From Octopus vulgaris (lineage: Eukaryota): a stretch of 64,000 nt of DNA. Both the position numbers and the translations under genes were made by a program. Positions 26,801-39,886 of this stretch are shown here, one piece after another. The notes under the pieces are model-generated. The model was not told the DNA's origin and searched no databases. It saw only the letters and a list, made by a program, of their open reading frames with translations. The stretch's first letter is position 1, and every line of letters begins with the position of its first letter. The stretch spans positions 12,648,001 through 12,712,000 of the forward strand of contig OX597831.1 of assembly GCA_951406725.2 (NCBI GenBank). The letters run 5' to 3'.

Positions 26801-29763
26801 GTTCTGTCAATTTAATCATCATAAGAGTATATGCAGTACTTGAGGTGTCAGGAATTATTAACAATAGCCATGTACTTCCTCTACAGCAAGAAACCTGTTC
26901 TGGGCCCTTCATCCTATAGCCTTTCATCACCAGGCATAAAGCTATTACCCTTTTAACTGTAGTCTCATTCAGTTGAAGGGGGTCTTTGTCATGGAAGATA
27001 TATGGTGCAATTAAAAAAAGGGTCTATTACACTCTGTAATGTGGTTGGCATTAGAAAGGGGATCCAGTTGCAGATATACTGATACATTGCCAAAGTAGAC
27101 GTTGGAGCATGATACAGTCCTCTGACCAATCAGATCCTGAAAAACCACCCAATGCATGCCAGCATTTGTAGATAGATTTTAAAAGATGATGATGGTGATG
27201 ATGATGAGGCCTTAAAGGGTTTCACATCATCCTCTCGAAACCTCTTTGGTCTTAAAAGACATTTACATATGTCTGTTCATGTAAATTGACCTGAGCTAAA
27301 AAACAATCACTACCACCAAATATTTTGAGATAAAGAACCAAATCCCTAATATCTTTTAATATACATATGTGATTTAAATTTGGATACCAGAGAAAATATT
27401 GTAGATTACTGGAAGTTATTGTTTAGCTAGCGGCAATGATCACAAGCAGACATTTGAAACCAAACAGACAGCTGCAATACTAATAAAGTAGTTTACCTGG
27501 AAGATTGATAGCAGACTAATTGTTGAAAATGTACTTAAATGAAAGCAGGTGTTTACTTCTGTTGCTAATGATTAAAATCATCAACTATGGATCACTCAAA
27601 ACAATATATTTGGTTACTCGAGCAACCTTTACAAGCTTCAGAAGTCCAGAGAGATTTAGAGAACTTCAAAGAAGATTAAACCAATGTAGAGAAGAAGGCA
27701 GAACAGTTATAACTGAAATATTAGATAGAGCAATTTACTTTTATAATTAAATTTATAAATTTTCATGATTGATGTTTATATATAAGTAGCTGTTGAGTCT
27801 CTGGAACCCAACTGTAGATTTTATTTATTTATTTTTTGTTGCTGCTGGTATTGTTGAGCCCAAAGTTAGCCCTGACAGAATAGCTCTATGATCAAAGGTC
27901 TCTCTATAACAATATCATCCAATGAGGCCTTCTCTTTGGAGGATGGTAGGATGTAATTTGAAGGAGATATAGTCATTATTTCTAGCAGATCAAGTAACCA
28001 GTTCAAAGCTGGTTTAACTAGACAGCTCAATGCTGTCTAGTTAAATCATGTTCTAGATAGTAAAAAATTACTTTGACTATTTGGTGCAAGGAAAACATAA
28101 ACAAAGTGACAAGAAGAGGAAAGATAAGTAAATTGCTTAATTGATTGGCAAACTCAAAATAGAAAATATTTGAATAAAGGGAGGGAAGGTTTAATGTGGT
28201 GAAGTTGAATAATGAGTGAAAGTTTGTTGACCTCCTCACAATTTCATTGTAGTATCATCATCATCATTTTACATTCACTTTAACCCTTTATTCACAATGT
28301 TTTGAATTTATCATACATTATCTCATACCTTTGATACTTCAATGATGTGATTATCTATTTTTGGAATGACATTGTAGGGTAGGTGTGAGAGGCCAGGTGG
28401 TGACAGCTTGAACATAAAACAGGTAAAATATTTGTCACACTGAATCCATCTCTGGTTTAACACTACCATCCAGTACTGACTGTCTTTGGCAGTATTTATT
28501 CAGTTGCTAATATTTGGACTAGATCCCTGATTTGAAAAAAAAACATCTTTCTTCCTCCCTTTCGCAAATCTTGTAGTCTTGGAAGCTCTGTAAAGAGTTA
28601 TAGTTATGTCTTCCCTCCTGACTTAAGGAAAATAAAACAACTTCAATTCATGGATTGTATGGGTTACATAACATCTCACCTTTTATCACAATCCTTCTTA
28701 ATATGGGCATAATATGCTTTTTCATAAAGGCTGGAGGCCTTTCATATTTCTAACAGCTCTACAACATAAACTGGTACTCTGACAGTTTGCAACAACGAGT
28801 GTCCCAGTTCATCTGATCAATGAAATAATCTGCCCATGAAATTAACATGCAAGTGGCTGAGCAACACACAGACATGCATGACCTTAATGTAGTTCTCAGG
28901 GAGGTTCAGTATGACACAGAATGAGACAAGGCTGGGCCTTTGAGTTACAAGTTCAACTCAGTTTTGCAAGATGAGTGGACTAGATCAATGTGAAATAAAG
29001 TGCCTTGCTCAATGATATGATACACAGCCAGGTATTGAACTTGTGATCTTATGATTATAAGCTGAATACCCAAGCCACTAAGCCATGTTCCTTTACACAA
29101 CATAAACCAAGTGGTTTTTATCATTCCAAAGCACAAAAGAGGCTGTTTCTGACAAAACAAATAGATTTCCTCTACTTTACATGCCTTTGTTTGGTTTGCC
29201 ATTTTTTGACATAGGTTTAACAGGTTGATACACTTCCTATCAATGGCCACTTCATAGCAAAACTTGGATTCAGTTTGCTTTGAGAGAGGCTGTCTATTAT
29301 AATTCAGCCCAGTCTTTCCTGCTTGCTGAGGAGATAAGCATTTCTTTATAACAATCCAAAAGATACACTCAAGTGTCCCTCTCTCATTATCATCATGATC
29401 ATCAATTAACATCAGTTTTCCATGCTGGCATGGGTTGGATGGTATGACAGCAGCTGGCAAGCTAGAGGACTGTGCCAAGCTTTATTGTCTGATTGGCATG
29501 GTTTCTATGGTTAGATGCCCTTCCTATAGCCAACCACTTTACAGAGTACAGGGTGCTTTTTATGTAACATCAGTCCTACTAACATTAGCTGTCTACTATA
29601 GATCTACTAGATGATACTGAAAATATAAAAAGTGAGATTAGTTTGCTCAGAAAATAAAAGAATTTTCTTGTGTCTACAATATTATAGCCTTGAATATTAT
29701 AACCATAGAATCTCTAACAAATGAAAATAAAGAATATCCAAAATCTAAAAAGAAATCATAAAC

Positions 29764-29795
<32 letters not shown>

Positions 29796-29950
29796 AGAAT
29801 ATATTTCTGAAAGATAAATGTAAATTGAAAATAACATTTAAAAAATCAAGATAGTGATAGAGAAATTAATGTATTTACTGATGATTGAAAGAAAATAACC
29901 TTAATAAGAGGAAAAAAGCTGAGACGTATTAAACATCAACGGTAAGAAAA

Positions 29951-30054
29951 TATAAGTGGGTGGATAGTATATAGCTGTGTATTTAGAGTATGGTGTGGAG
30001 AGGGAACAACGTAACAATGAGAACAGTGAAAATGACTTAAAAGATAATATAACA
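29951..30054 (+). repeat. 104-bp direct repeat, copy 1
   Basis: TATAAGTGGGTGGATAG...GATAATATAACA, repeated at 31788-31891 with 4 mismatches. Confidence 0.9.
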
Positions 30055-31787
30055 TGTTTCTTGCTTGACAGTCAGTCAGCAAGAGGCAACTATCTTGATG
30101 AAATTATGTAATATTGTTTTCTCATTTTGTGATGAAATTTGCTTAGGATTGTAATTATAAATGTTCTAACAAAGAAAAGAAATTTCAACACAGATATCTA
30201 ATACTATGAGTGATTACCATTTCAGTATCCTAAGATCGTTTTTCTTCAGCGTTGCTAGTTAGTTATCACCAGCTCTCTTATTTCAATCGCTTGACTCATT
30301 TACCCATTTGTCATCAAAGTACAGATGAACTTGATCATAATCTTAGTGTCATTAAACCTACAAACAAAACACAAAGATATAAAGGGGGAAAAAAATTCCT
30401 TCTTTTCCTAGCCAGATGCTAAATTTAGCCCAGTTGCTAGAATTAGAATATGCAGGAATCTTGTCTCGTAACAGAGGTTGTATGCTACATTGTTTCTTTA
30501 GCAGCTAAATGTAAAGCTGGACCCGTTTATTTTGTGACTTATAAAGAGTAACACAAAATTTCATACATACTTTCATAAAATCTGAGGGAAGGAGAAAAGA
30601 AAAAGAATAAAACAAAAACACCCACAACTATATAATGATTTATTAGTATCATAAACTAAAAGTTTTGGTAAATTAATACAGGTGATGGTAATCTAAGAAT
30701 CATTAAGTTTTGTAATGATGATAAAGAAAACTAAAAATATTGATTTTTAGCTAACCTAATACATCCAGTGTATGTATGTATTGTAAGCAATAGAGACGTT
30801 GTTCAGCTAGTTATCCAAAAGCAGCAAGCACACCTTTCCTTTTTAGAATGCTTTTCTTAATAATGTGCGTCATGAAATTTGGTCTAATAGAATTCTATCT
30901 TCTGACATTACTATAGTAACTAAAGTGTAAAAGCGTAAGATAATATAAAATAACTAAAACATTATTTTGCAAAGGAACAAAGTGTGAAAATATTTTCGTC
31001 TCCAGGTGTTAATAAAATTAGGCACTCAATTGAATCGGTGGCAGTGTCACAATATTCTACAAAATTTTGTATTTGTCATTTACTATAAACATGACATCAC
31101 AGACACACACACACATACACACACACACACACAAACATAATTCTTTCTCTCTCTGTGTTTGCAAAATTTTAAAATTCAACATTCAAAAGCAAGCAAGTTT
31201 AAGTCTATGAAAAAAATGTGATTGCATGTCAAACTAAATGTAGAACTACTACCATATGATAATGGAATCTAATGCATGTCAAAGAAAACTGTTCTCGTGA
31301 CTAATATTTGTTTATTAAGACAGTGAAGGAGCCCCTCATATGGTCACTCAAACCATTAGAAATAGCGACCAAACCTTTAATCTTTTTGTTACAATATTTC
31401 TGTTGAAATACCTTTATTTCAAATAATCTTGAAGGTAAATTTGTCATCATTTAATGGTTGAAACATAACTTGGCATGAAAATTTTGATGACAGATTTTAA
31501 TTTAGATTACTATAAAACTGGAATTATGTAATCAGAGAAACACTGGGCAAGGTGAACATGAATTGCTTCCTAGCATCTTAGGTAAGGAAAGTATATATTA
31601 GATCCTACCATCAACCCACCTGTCAAAAAAAGAAAGATAGTCATATAAAGAATGCCTCTGTCCAGAGATCTACTCCGTCAGAGCTGCTTGAGGCTACACA
31701 AAACTACTGTTCTTACTATTGTTGCTAATCTTCACAAATATCAATATTTAACCAACCTTATGTTTTAAACATTATTAGTTATTTTTC

Positions 31788-31891
31788 TATAAGTGGGTGG
31801 ATAGTATATAGGTGTGTATTTAGAGTATGGTGTGGAGAGGGGACAATGTAATAATGAGAACAGTGAAAATGACTTAAAAGATAATATAACA
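31788..31891 (+). repeat. 104-bp direct repeat, copy 2
   Basis: Matches 29951-30054. Confidence 0.9.
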
Positions 31892-32365
31892 CAACATAAT
31901 AATATAAGTGTATGAAGAGATGAAACTTCATATAACTGGAAAAAGTTTGGTGAGAAGAGAAGAAATATTAGAATATATTAGAACAAGAATGTCACATTTG
32001 ATGGCAACACGAGAAAACATAGTATAGGTACATGAACGTTTTTTTTTTAAGTGCAATACAGGAAACTATCAGTCTTTGAGTAACTTATGTAACTTCACAG
32101 TTTAAACAAACAGGAGGTATAAAACTCAGTACATAACACTATATATATATTGTTTATTTCTCTGTGAAGTTGCATAAATGCTTCAGGGGACAAGAATTTT
32201 GTGCATTGTGCTTATTAAATGTTTTGTGTGCAAAGTGTAGTACATGAAACTCATGGCCATTGAGTCACTAAAATAACTTTACAGCTAAATAAATATCTAT
32301 ATCATATATTTGTAGACATGTATGTGTTTCTGTGTGTGTTTGTTCCTGTATGTATACATGATTTT

Positions 32366-32401
<36 letters not shown>

Positions 32402-35400
32402 TAGAAATTCTAAGCTTTATATATACATACATACATATATCATATTTACTAAAGTATATAAAACGTGCAACAAAAACACACTTTTCCAGATTCCCGAATT
32501 CTGATGTACATTATACATGTTTTTTGCAATTTATACACGAAGAAAAAATAATCAAAACTTTAGCACACTAAATACAGCATATTGAAAATATTTCAAAATA
32601 CTTTTCTGCTTTTTCTTCCTGCTGTGTAACTAGTGCTACTGACTACAGTTTTTGTTAAATATTTACACATTTGGATAAGAACTTTTTAGAAAGTTCTTGA
32701 TAAAATAAAGCCTGTTCTTTGTAACTGTGCATCAATGTGACATATGCACTTTGATGGAGATCACGTCGAGTATAGAATGGACAAATATAACAATGTCTAA
32801 AGTTTGCCTTCCAAAAAATCTTGTGTGATTTATAAAAAGCTGACATTGAATCATACGAATTGGATGACAATCCTGTCAACAGCACACTGATGCTGCACAT
32901 ACAATCTACTAGAATTCAAAAATTTACCCACATAAATGCCACTAGGAGATGCTGCTCCACAACATCTATCACTGATCCCCATATATGATATCACAACACC
33001 AGTGTGACACTGAACATTTACTTCACCTAGGTAAATATCTTCCACAGCCCTAGGCTGACCAAAGCCATGTGAGTGGATGTGGTAGACTTCATACTAATGA
33101 AAATCATATTGTCTGTTTTCTTTCATTCCTTACTTTCATTTATCTACAAATTAGGATATCCATATATTTTACAGAAGCAGGCATGGCTATGTGGTTGAGA
33201 AGTTCCAGGTTCAATCCCACTGTATGTTACCTTGGGCAAGTTTCTTCTAATATAGCCGCAAACTGACCAACACCTTGTGAGTGGATTTGGCAGAGAGAAA
33301 CTGAAAGAAGCCCATTATGTGTGTGTGTTTGCATCTCATTGTGTTGACATTACATGGTTGTTGTAAATGAATGTTGTTCCTTTCCAATATTCTATAAAAA
33401 CCTGTGTGGCCATGAAGAAATATTACCTTGCGTGGAAACAGGTGAGGGTTGGCAACAGGTAAGGCAGAAAATTAGCTGTAGAAAATTAGCTTCAACAAAT
33501 TCCATCTGATCCATGCAAACATGGAAAGATGGATGTTAAATGAAGATAATGATGATTGATGTGTGTGTGTGTGTGTGTGTGTGCCCTTGTCTTGATATCA
33601 TATGATGGCTGTGAACAAGCATCACCATTACACAAGCAATTTTGTTAAATTCCAGTGTCTTTTGAAAAACATGTCTGGCCATAGAAAAATGTGTCTCAAC
33701 AAATTTCCTGTGACTCATATAAGCATGGAAAATGAACATTAAATGATGATGATGATACAATTTTGTCGATTAGCTGTGCCAGAATGAAATGAAAAGATGC
33801 AGTGACTTTGAATCCTCATTCAAGGCTACTGTAGAATAGAATAGAAATAATGACAGAGATAAAAATGATATGAGCGCTTTGTTACCCAATTAATTTTCAT
33901 GTTATCATGACTTTCTGTCAATGACAGAGTTAGCACACATTTAGCTGACTGACCACTGCTACTGTTATGATCATAATTTGTGTTTTGAAATGAAGAGTTT
34001 GGTTTGAAAATACAGAAATAATGTCTCAACAATAAATGTGAATCTGTCTGTGCATCTCAATAATGTAAATGGTTGGAAGCATCATTGCGCATATCAGAAA
34101 AAAAACAAAAAAACATTACGTACTGTCTGTGTAACAAAGAATGGCACTGAATTTCTTCTATACCAGGCAACCTGTATAACTAGATAGAGATGCCATCAAA
34201 CCAGTCTAACTCTCTTCTTTGCTCGACACTCACCTATTTATTATACCATACAACCCATGTAAAGAAAGATGATATTTGAGTTACATGTATTCAATAGCCT
34301 CTACCACCATACTGTTACTCTAGCTTTCCTGTCCCTCATGAAGTCATATATGAAAGATTACACCAGATCTGGTGTACCACTCTTTCTGACTGCCAACCAT
34401 CAATCCCTCTGCCCTGGCTAGTAGACTCTATAAAAATGGTTGGTAAATTAGCAGAGACATGGGGTTGACAGGATCTGTTGGTCCTATCGAGGAGATAATA
34501 CTTCTCTAGTGCTGGCGCATCAATAAAAAGACTCCATTACACCCTGTTGAGTGGCTGGTGTTAGGAAGGGCATCTAGCCAGTAAAACCTTTTCAAAAATG
34601 AAACGTATGAGTGAAATATGGTCCCTTAACTCATCTTAAAGTGCAGTAATTCTAAATAAGAGTTGAATTACACCTTAAAAACTCATTCAATCCATAACAG
34701 CATGGAAAACTGATGTATGATGATGTTGAGGATTGTATTACATATATTATAAATTTTCTCCCCTTTTTTTGCCCTTTCCTGTGTTGCAAGTTACTTGGCA
34801 ACCTTACAACTGCTGGTGGCATGGAAAATAGTACACACAATAATGTGGTTGGCATTATGAAGGGCATGCACCTGAAGAAACTATGCCATAGCTGACGTGG
34901 AGCTCACCAGATCCTGTCAAACAGTCCAACACATGCCAGCACAGAAAGCAGCTTAAATGATGATGATGATGATGATTTATTGCAGGTATCATTTCTTTTT
35001 AGTTAAATGAGGCTTATACTAGCGCAAAAAAACTGCAATTCAGTAAATGACAAGATATCAAATAATAATAACAATAATAATGTCAGATAGCATAACAGAT
35101 AATATGAGCTTTGTTGTTGGTTTATGTCTTATTATTTAACCATATTGACAAATGAACTGACATAGATAGGTATTTAGACGGTAGTGCAAAATGATAAATA
35201 GGTAGATAGATATACTGATAGGTAGATAAATGCATAGTAAGATAGTAAGCAGATAATGGTCAGGTATATATTTGATTGCCTCTAAGTTGGGACAGTAAAG
35301 TCAACCTAAGTGCAGAAAGATATAATTAGAATGTAATCAAATATCACAGTGCATTTTTTAATGAAAAATAATGGTAGACACATGCTGGTACAACATTAAA

Positions 35401-36439
35401 AGCACTGGTGGTGGTATCACATAAAAAGCACAAGTACACTCAGTGGAGTGGTTGGCATTAGGAAGGGCATCCAGCTATAGAAACCATTCCAGAACAAACA
35501 ATGGAGCCTGGTGCAGCCCCTGACCTTACTGGCTCTGGTCAAACTATCCAACCTGTGCCAGCATGGAAAACAGATGTATAATGATGATGATGATGATGAT
35601 GACTGAGCCTTGAAGTTTCAAAAGTTGCAATCAGTGAAGTAAAATAGTGATTGCTTGCTTTGAGTCTTAAAGATCCATCATAAGACATGCTGCTTATGCA
35701 TTTGCTATCGCACTGATAGCTGAATAACCAAGCACTCTTACTACTCAGAGAAATAGTACATATGAATCTATGTGCCTAATTCCTTTCTGGCAATCCAGAG
35801 TGGGTCATAGTTTTTAATGAAATTAACCTCAGCTCATCAAAGATTTACTGGATTTTTGTTTTCCATTAAGATTTGTTTTGATATGCTTCCTTTATATTTT
35901 ACTGTGTTAGAATGCTGCAGTGGTTAGTATGGTTTTGTATATATATGCTCTTATCTTGTGATATATTAATTAGAACAAGAAAATAAATTTAGTGGATAAC
36001 AAAAATGTATTAATTCATTTTCTTCTCATATAAGCAATTAAAACAGATAAGCTCAAAGTATATGATAAATGGATTACTTTTAAATAGTTTTTAAAAAAAA
36101 TTTTATTGAGTTTTGCTTTCTTATTTCTTTACTATTGATTGCTAATAAGGTACAACTTCATAAATTTGGTGGAGGGCAAGAAGAGTTAATTAGATTGACC
36201 TTAATATTCAGCTGGTACATATTTCATCAACCCCAGAAAGATGAAAAGCAAAGCCTACTTCAGCAGGAGTTAAACTTGGAATCTACAAGACTAGGGCAAT
36301 AGCAAAACACTACAAGGCATTTCATTTGATGCTTTGCCAATTCTGCCAATACACTACCCTCATTGATACAACATTTCAAAGAAATAATTTTAAAAAATGT
36401 ATATAAAACATCCAAAAACAAACTACACACACACACAGC

Positions 36440-36993
36440 ATGATCTTCGAACATTGGGCCTTTGGTGATATGCCGTGCTTGAGAAAACCTGTCAAGCCAA
36501 GTGAAATTGTAGCCATGGCTGATGCCAGAGTCACATAACTGACATTTGTGCTGGTGGCACACAAAGAGCACTCTGAACATTAGGCAATATGCCATGCTTG
36601 AGAAGACCAATCAAGCCAAGTGAAATTGTAATCATGGCCGATGCTAGTGTTGCATTATTGACACCTGTGCTGGTGGCACCCTTTGAACTTTGGGCCTCAC
36701 AGAGGCAGTGACAAGTGACTGAGACCTTTGGCAATATCCTGTGCTTGAAAAGTCTTGTTAAGCCAAATGAGATTGTAGTCATGGCTGGTGCTGGTGTTCT
36801 GTAACTGGCACCCATGCCGTAAAAAGCACCCACTACACTCTCGAGGTGGTTGGCATTAGGAAGGGCATCCAGTTGTAGAAACCAAATCAAATCAAATTGA
36901 AACCTTGTGCAGCTCCCCAGCTTACTAGTTTTCAGTCAAACCATCCAACCCATGCCAGCATGGCAAGTGGACACTAAATGATGATGATGATGA
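36440..36993 (+). mobile_element. Family A SINE with three ~110-150 bp internal tandem units
   Basis: Repeated (C/T)GTGCTTGAGAA..CC..TCAAGCCAAGTGAAATTGTAG.CATGGC, followed by the family A 3' end and (TGA)n. Confidence 0.75.
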
Positions 36994-37914
36994 TATATCA
37001 GACAACCATAGAATAAAAGAGAGAAAAAAAAAAAGAAATGACAGAAATCAAAGCTAACTTTAGTTATATTTTTGGTGTCTTTTAGACATTTGATGTTGCA
37101 AAAAAATAAGTAAAAGTAAAAATAATAAAAGAAAGGAAAAATCATTGCATCAAATTTAAAAAATTTTTTTTATTGCTTTTATCATGATAGATGTCTAATA
37201 CAAAAACGGCTTTTAGATGTTTGCAAGACAGTTCTAGAATTTTGGAAGATAAAATTGTAAAGGGAAATAATAAACAATATTTCACAATGGAAATGTAGGG
37301 CAGAGTTATTCTGGAGATAATATGAATATTCAGTTGCAGCATTCTGGTACATGATTGGTTATATTTCTAGAACAAAGTGAATTCTGTATAGAAAGTGATA
37401 AATCCTTCTCTAATAGGGAAAGTTTGAGCAAAGAAATTAAACAAATTGAGCTGTTTCTTTAATCGTTTACTGCTTTCAATTAATGGACTGTGGCTATGCT
37501 GGGGCATTGTTTCCAAGAACTTTAGGTGAGTATATTGACCATAGTACTTGGCCATCTACATATTTGATTGCCTCAGTAAGTTGGGACAGCAAACTCAACC
37601 TAAGCACAGGAAGACGTAATTAGAATGTAATCAAATACCACAATGGACTTTTTAAAAGCTGATATATATCCATGTACCAAATTGCAATCATAAGGCTTGA
37701 GACAAGCCAATGCTATGTTAGAAGACAGTTGCCAAATGTGTGGACAGTATGACACAACTCTAACAATAAGGTGAGCCTCTTAACCAGGTGTCTAAGTCTT
37801 TTATTTCTCCAGAGATAATGAAATAACAACTATATCATGTCGACTAGAATGATCTGGATGTGGTTGATGAAGTGACTGTATATTTAAAGGGGAAAAAGTT
37901 CATGTAAAATTCTG

Positions 37915-38145
37915 TTAAAACCTTTTTGATACCAGCCCGGCTGAAACTGCTTCTGGCTCTGTAGTACAAATGTCTTGTTTTCATAAATTTCGAATTAAAA
38001 TCTTCCACCAAACCTTAGTCACAAGTTATGTTCATAACACTGGCTTAATGATAACCAAGTCATTTTACTAAATTCTTTGTTGTATTTAAAATTAATTGAA
38101 AGAAACAAGAGCGTCTCAAAATAAATACAATAACGAAAGGGTTAA
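37915..38145. mobile_element. piggyBac-like MITE (TTAA-CCC...GGG-TTAA family)
   Basis: Begins TTAAAACCTTTTTGATACC and ends AACGAAAGGGTTAA. Related copies at ~10880-11070, 31378-31550, 38458-38780 and 48604-48790. Confidence 0.55.
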
Positions 38146-39654
38146 TCTGTCTTCAGTCAACGAAGATAGCTCCAGGCATGTTTGTGTGATTATGAAATTT
38201 GCTTTGCTACTGCATGGCATCTTGGCAAATACTTACTGCTACTGCTGCTACTACTATTACAGCTTTGGGTTGACCAAAGCCTGCTGAGAAAAATTTGGTA
38301 GACAATAAGATGTGTTAGTGAGGCATGCTGAACACAACTGGAGGTATTTGATTCATACCTTTATGATCAGGTTGACTTTGCCATTTATTCCTTAAGAGAT
38401 CAATAAAACAGAACCAGAGAAAGTAATGGAGCTAATAAAACTGAAAGAAAATTTTTTAATCCTTTTAACACTACATTTCTGTTGGAATACACTGCCTTTG
38501 CTTCAATTAATTTCGAAAATATTGAGGAATTTATAAAAGTAATTGTCATTCAAATTCTGCTGAGGTTGACTTTGACCTTCATCCTTTTGAGGCTCAATAA
38601 AATTAAGTACCAGTCAAGTACAGAGGTCAATATAATCGACTAGCCCCCTCCCCCAATTATTTAGCTTGTGTTTAGACCATGAATTGACATAAAATTTTCA
38701 AGAAGAGTTTTAATGTAATTATTTTAAATATTAAGTTTGTAACATTGAACTGGGGTGGTCTCAGGTGGGTTAGCATCAAAAACAGTGAAGTAGCACTGCC
38801 ACTTTAAAGATTTTATTTGACAGACAACAATCTAAAGACTAAAATCAATAAGTAACAGAAAGAATAATGGGAAAAGTAATAGATATGCAACAGACGAGAA
38901 TTCTACCTAAATGGGGGCTCAAGGAACAAAGATGAATCACTCCAAATGGGGTAAAATAAAATAACAAAGAAAAAAATCTAACAAAAATCCCCAGAAAAAT
39001 TGAGGTCTCCTGCAAATGGCATAAGAGATACATTTCTCAAATTTTGGGTTGTATGTATATATAATCATGAAACAAAGAGATGTCTTTATTGCTTAACATT
39101 TTGAGCTGATATTTTTTTGTATTTATTTTTATTTGTTTTGTTCAATAAACGTGATGCTATTTTAATTTTTTTCTTTTAGAATATTACTAGTTTATGTCTT
39201 TCAGTTTGAAATTTTATAGTTTTTTTTTTTCTTTCCTTGATTTATACATAGAATCATTGTCATGAGAGCAAAGCTGTATTTTAAATACAATTTTATGTCA
39301 AGTGAGGTGTGAAAACTGTAGCGGGGTAATAATTTTTTTCTATTGAAAACTACTGAATCTACAACATTTAAACTTCACATATAAAGTAATAAATATGTTG
39401 TACCAATATTACGTCTATCCAGGCTATAAAAAGAAAAAAAGAATGTGGTTTTTTTTTTTCTGAATCATCTCTAACTTTTTAAAGCTGAGAATCAACTGCT
39501 TATCAATTGGTAAAAAAAGAACACCAAAGAAAACACAACAAAAATGAATATATATATATTTTAATATTTTAGTTTGACTAAGGCGGTGAGCTGGCAGAAA
39601 TGTTAGCATGCTGGGCAAAATGCTTAGTGGTATTTCGTCTGTTTTTACATTCTG

Positions 39655-39886
39655 GCGACGAGCTGGCAGAAACGTTAGCATGCCAGGCGAAATGTGTAGC
39701 CGTATTTCGCCTGCTGTTACATTCTGAGTTCAAATTCCGCCGAGGTCAACTTTGCCTTTCATCCTTTCAGGGTCGATAAATTAAGTACCAGTTACGCACT
39801 GGGGTCAATGTAATCGACTTGACCCGTTTGTCTGTTCTTGTTTGTCCCCTCTGTGTTTAGCCCCTTGTGGGTAGTAAAGAAATAGC
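39655..39886 (+). mobile_element. Young family C SINE nested in another family C SINE
   Basis: 24-bp direct repeat TATTTCGTCTGTTTTTA(C/A)ATTCTG at 39631-39654 and 39887-39910. The insert retains CpGs. Confidence 0.8.

Noticed and set aside
28945-29478. Longest ORF (177 aa)
   Set aside because: It starts and ends within SINE fragments, uses a non-ATG start and has no recognisable domain.
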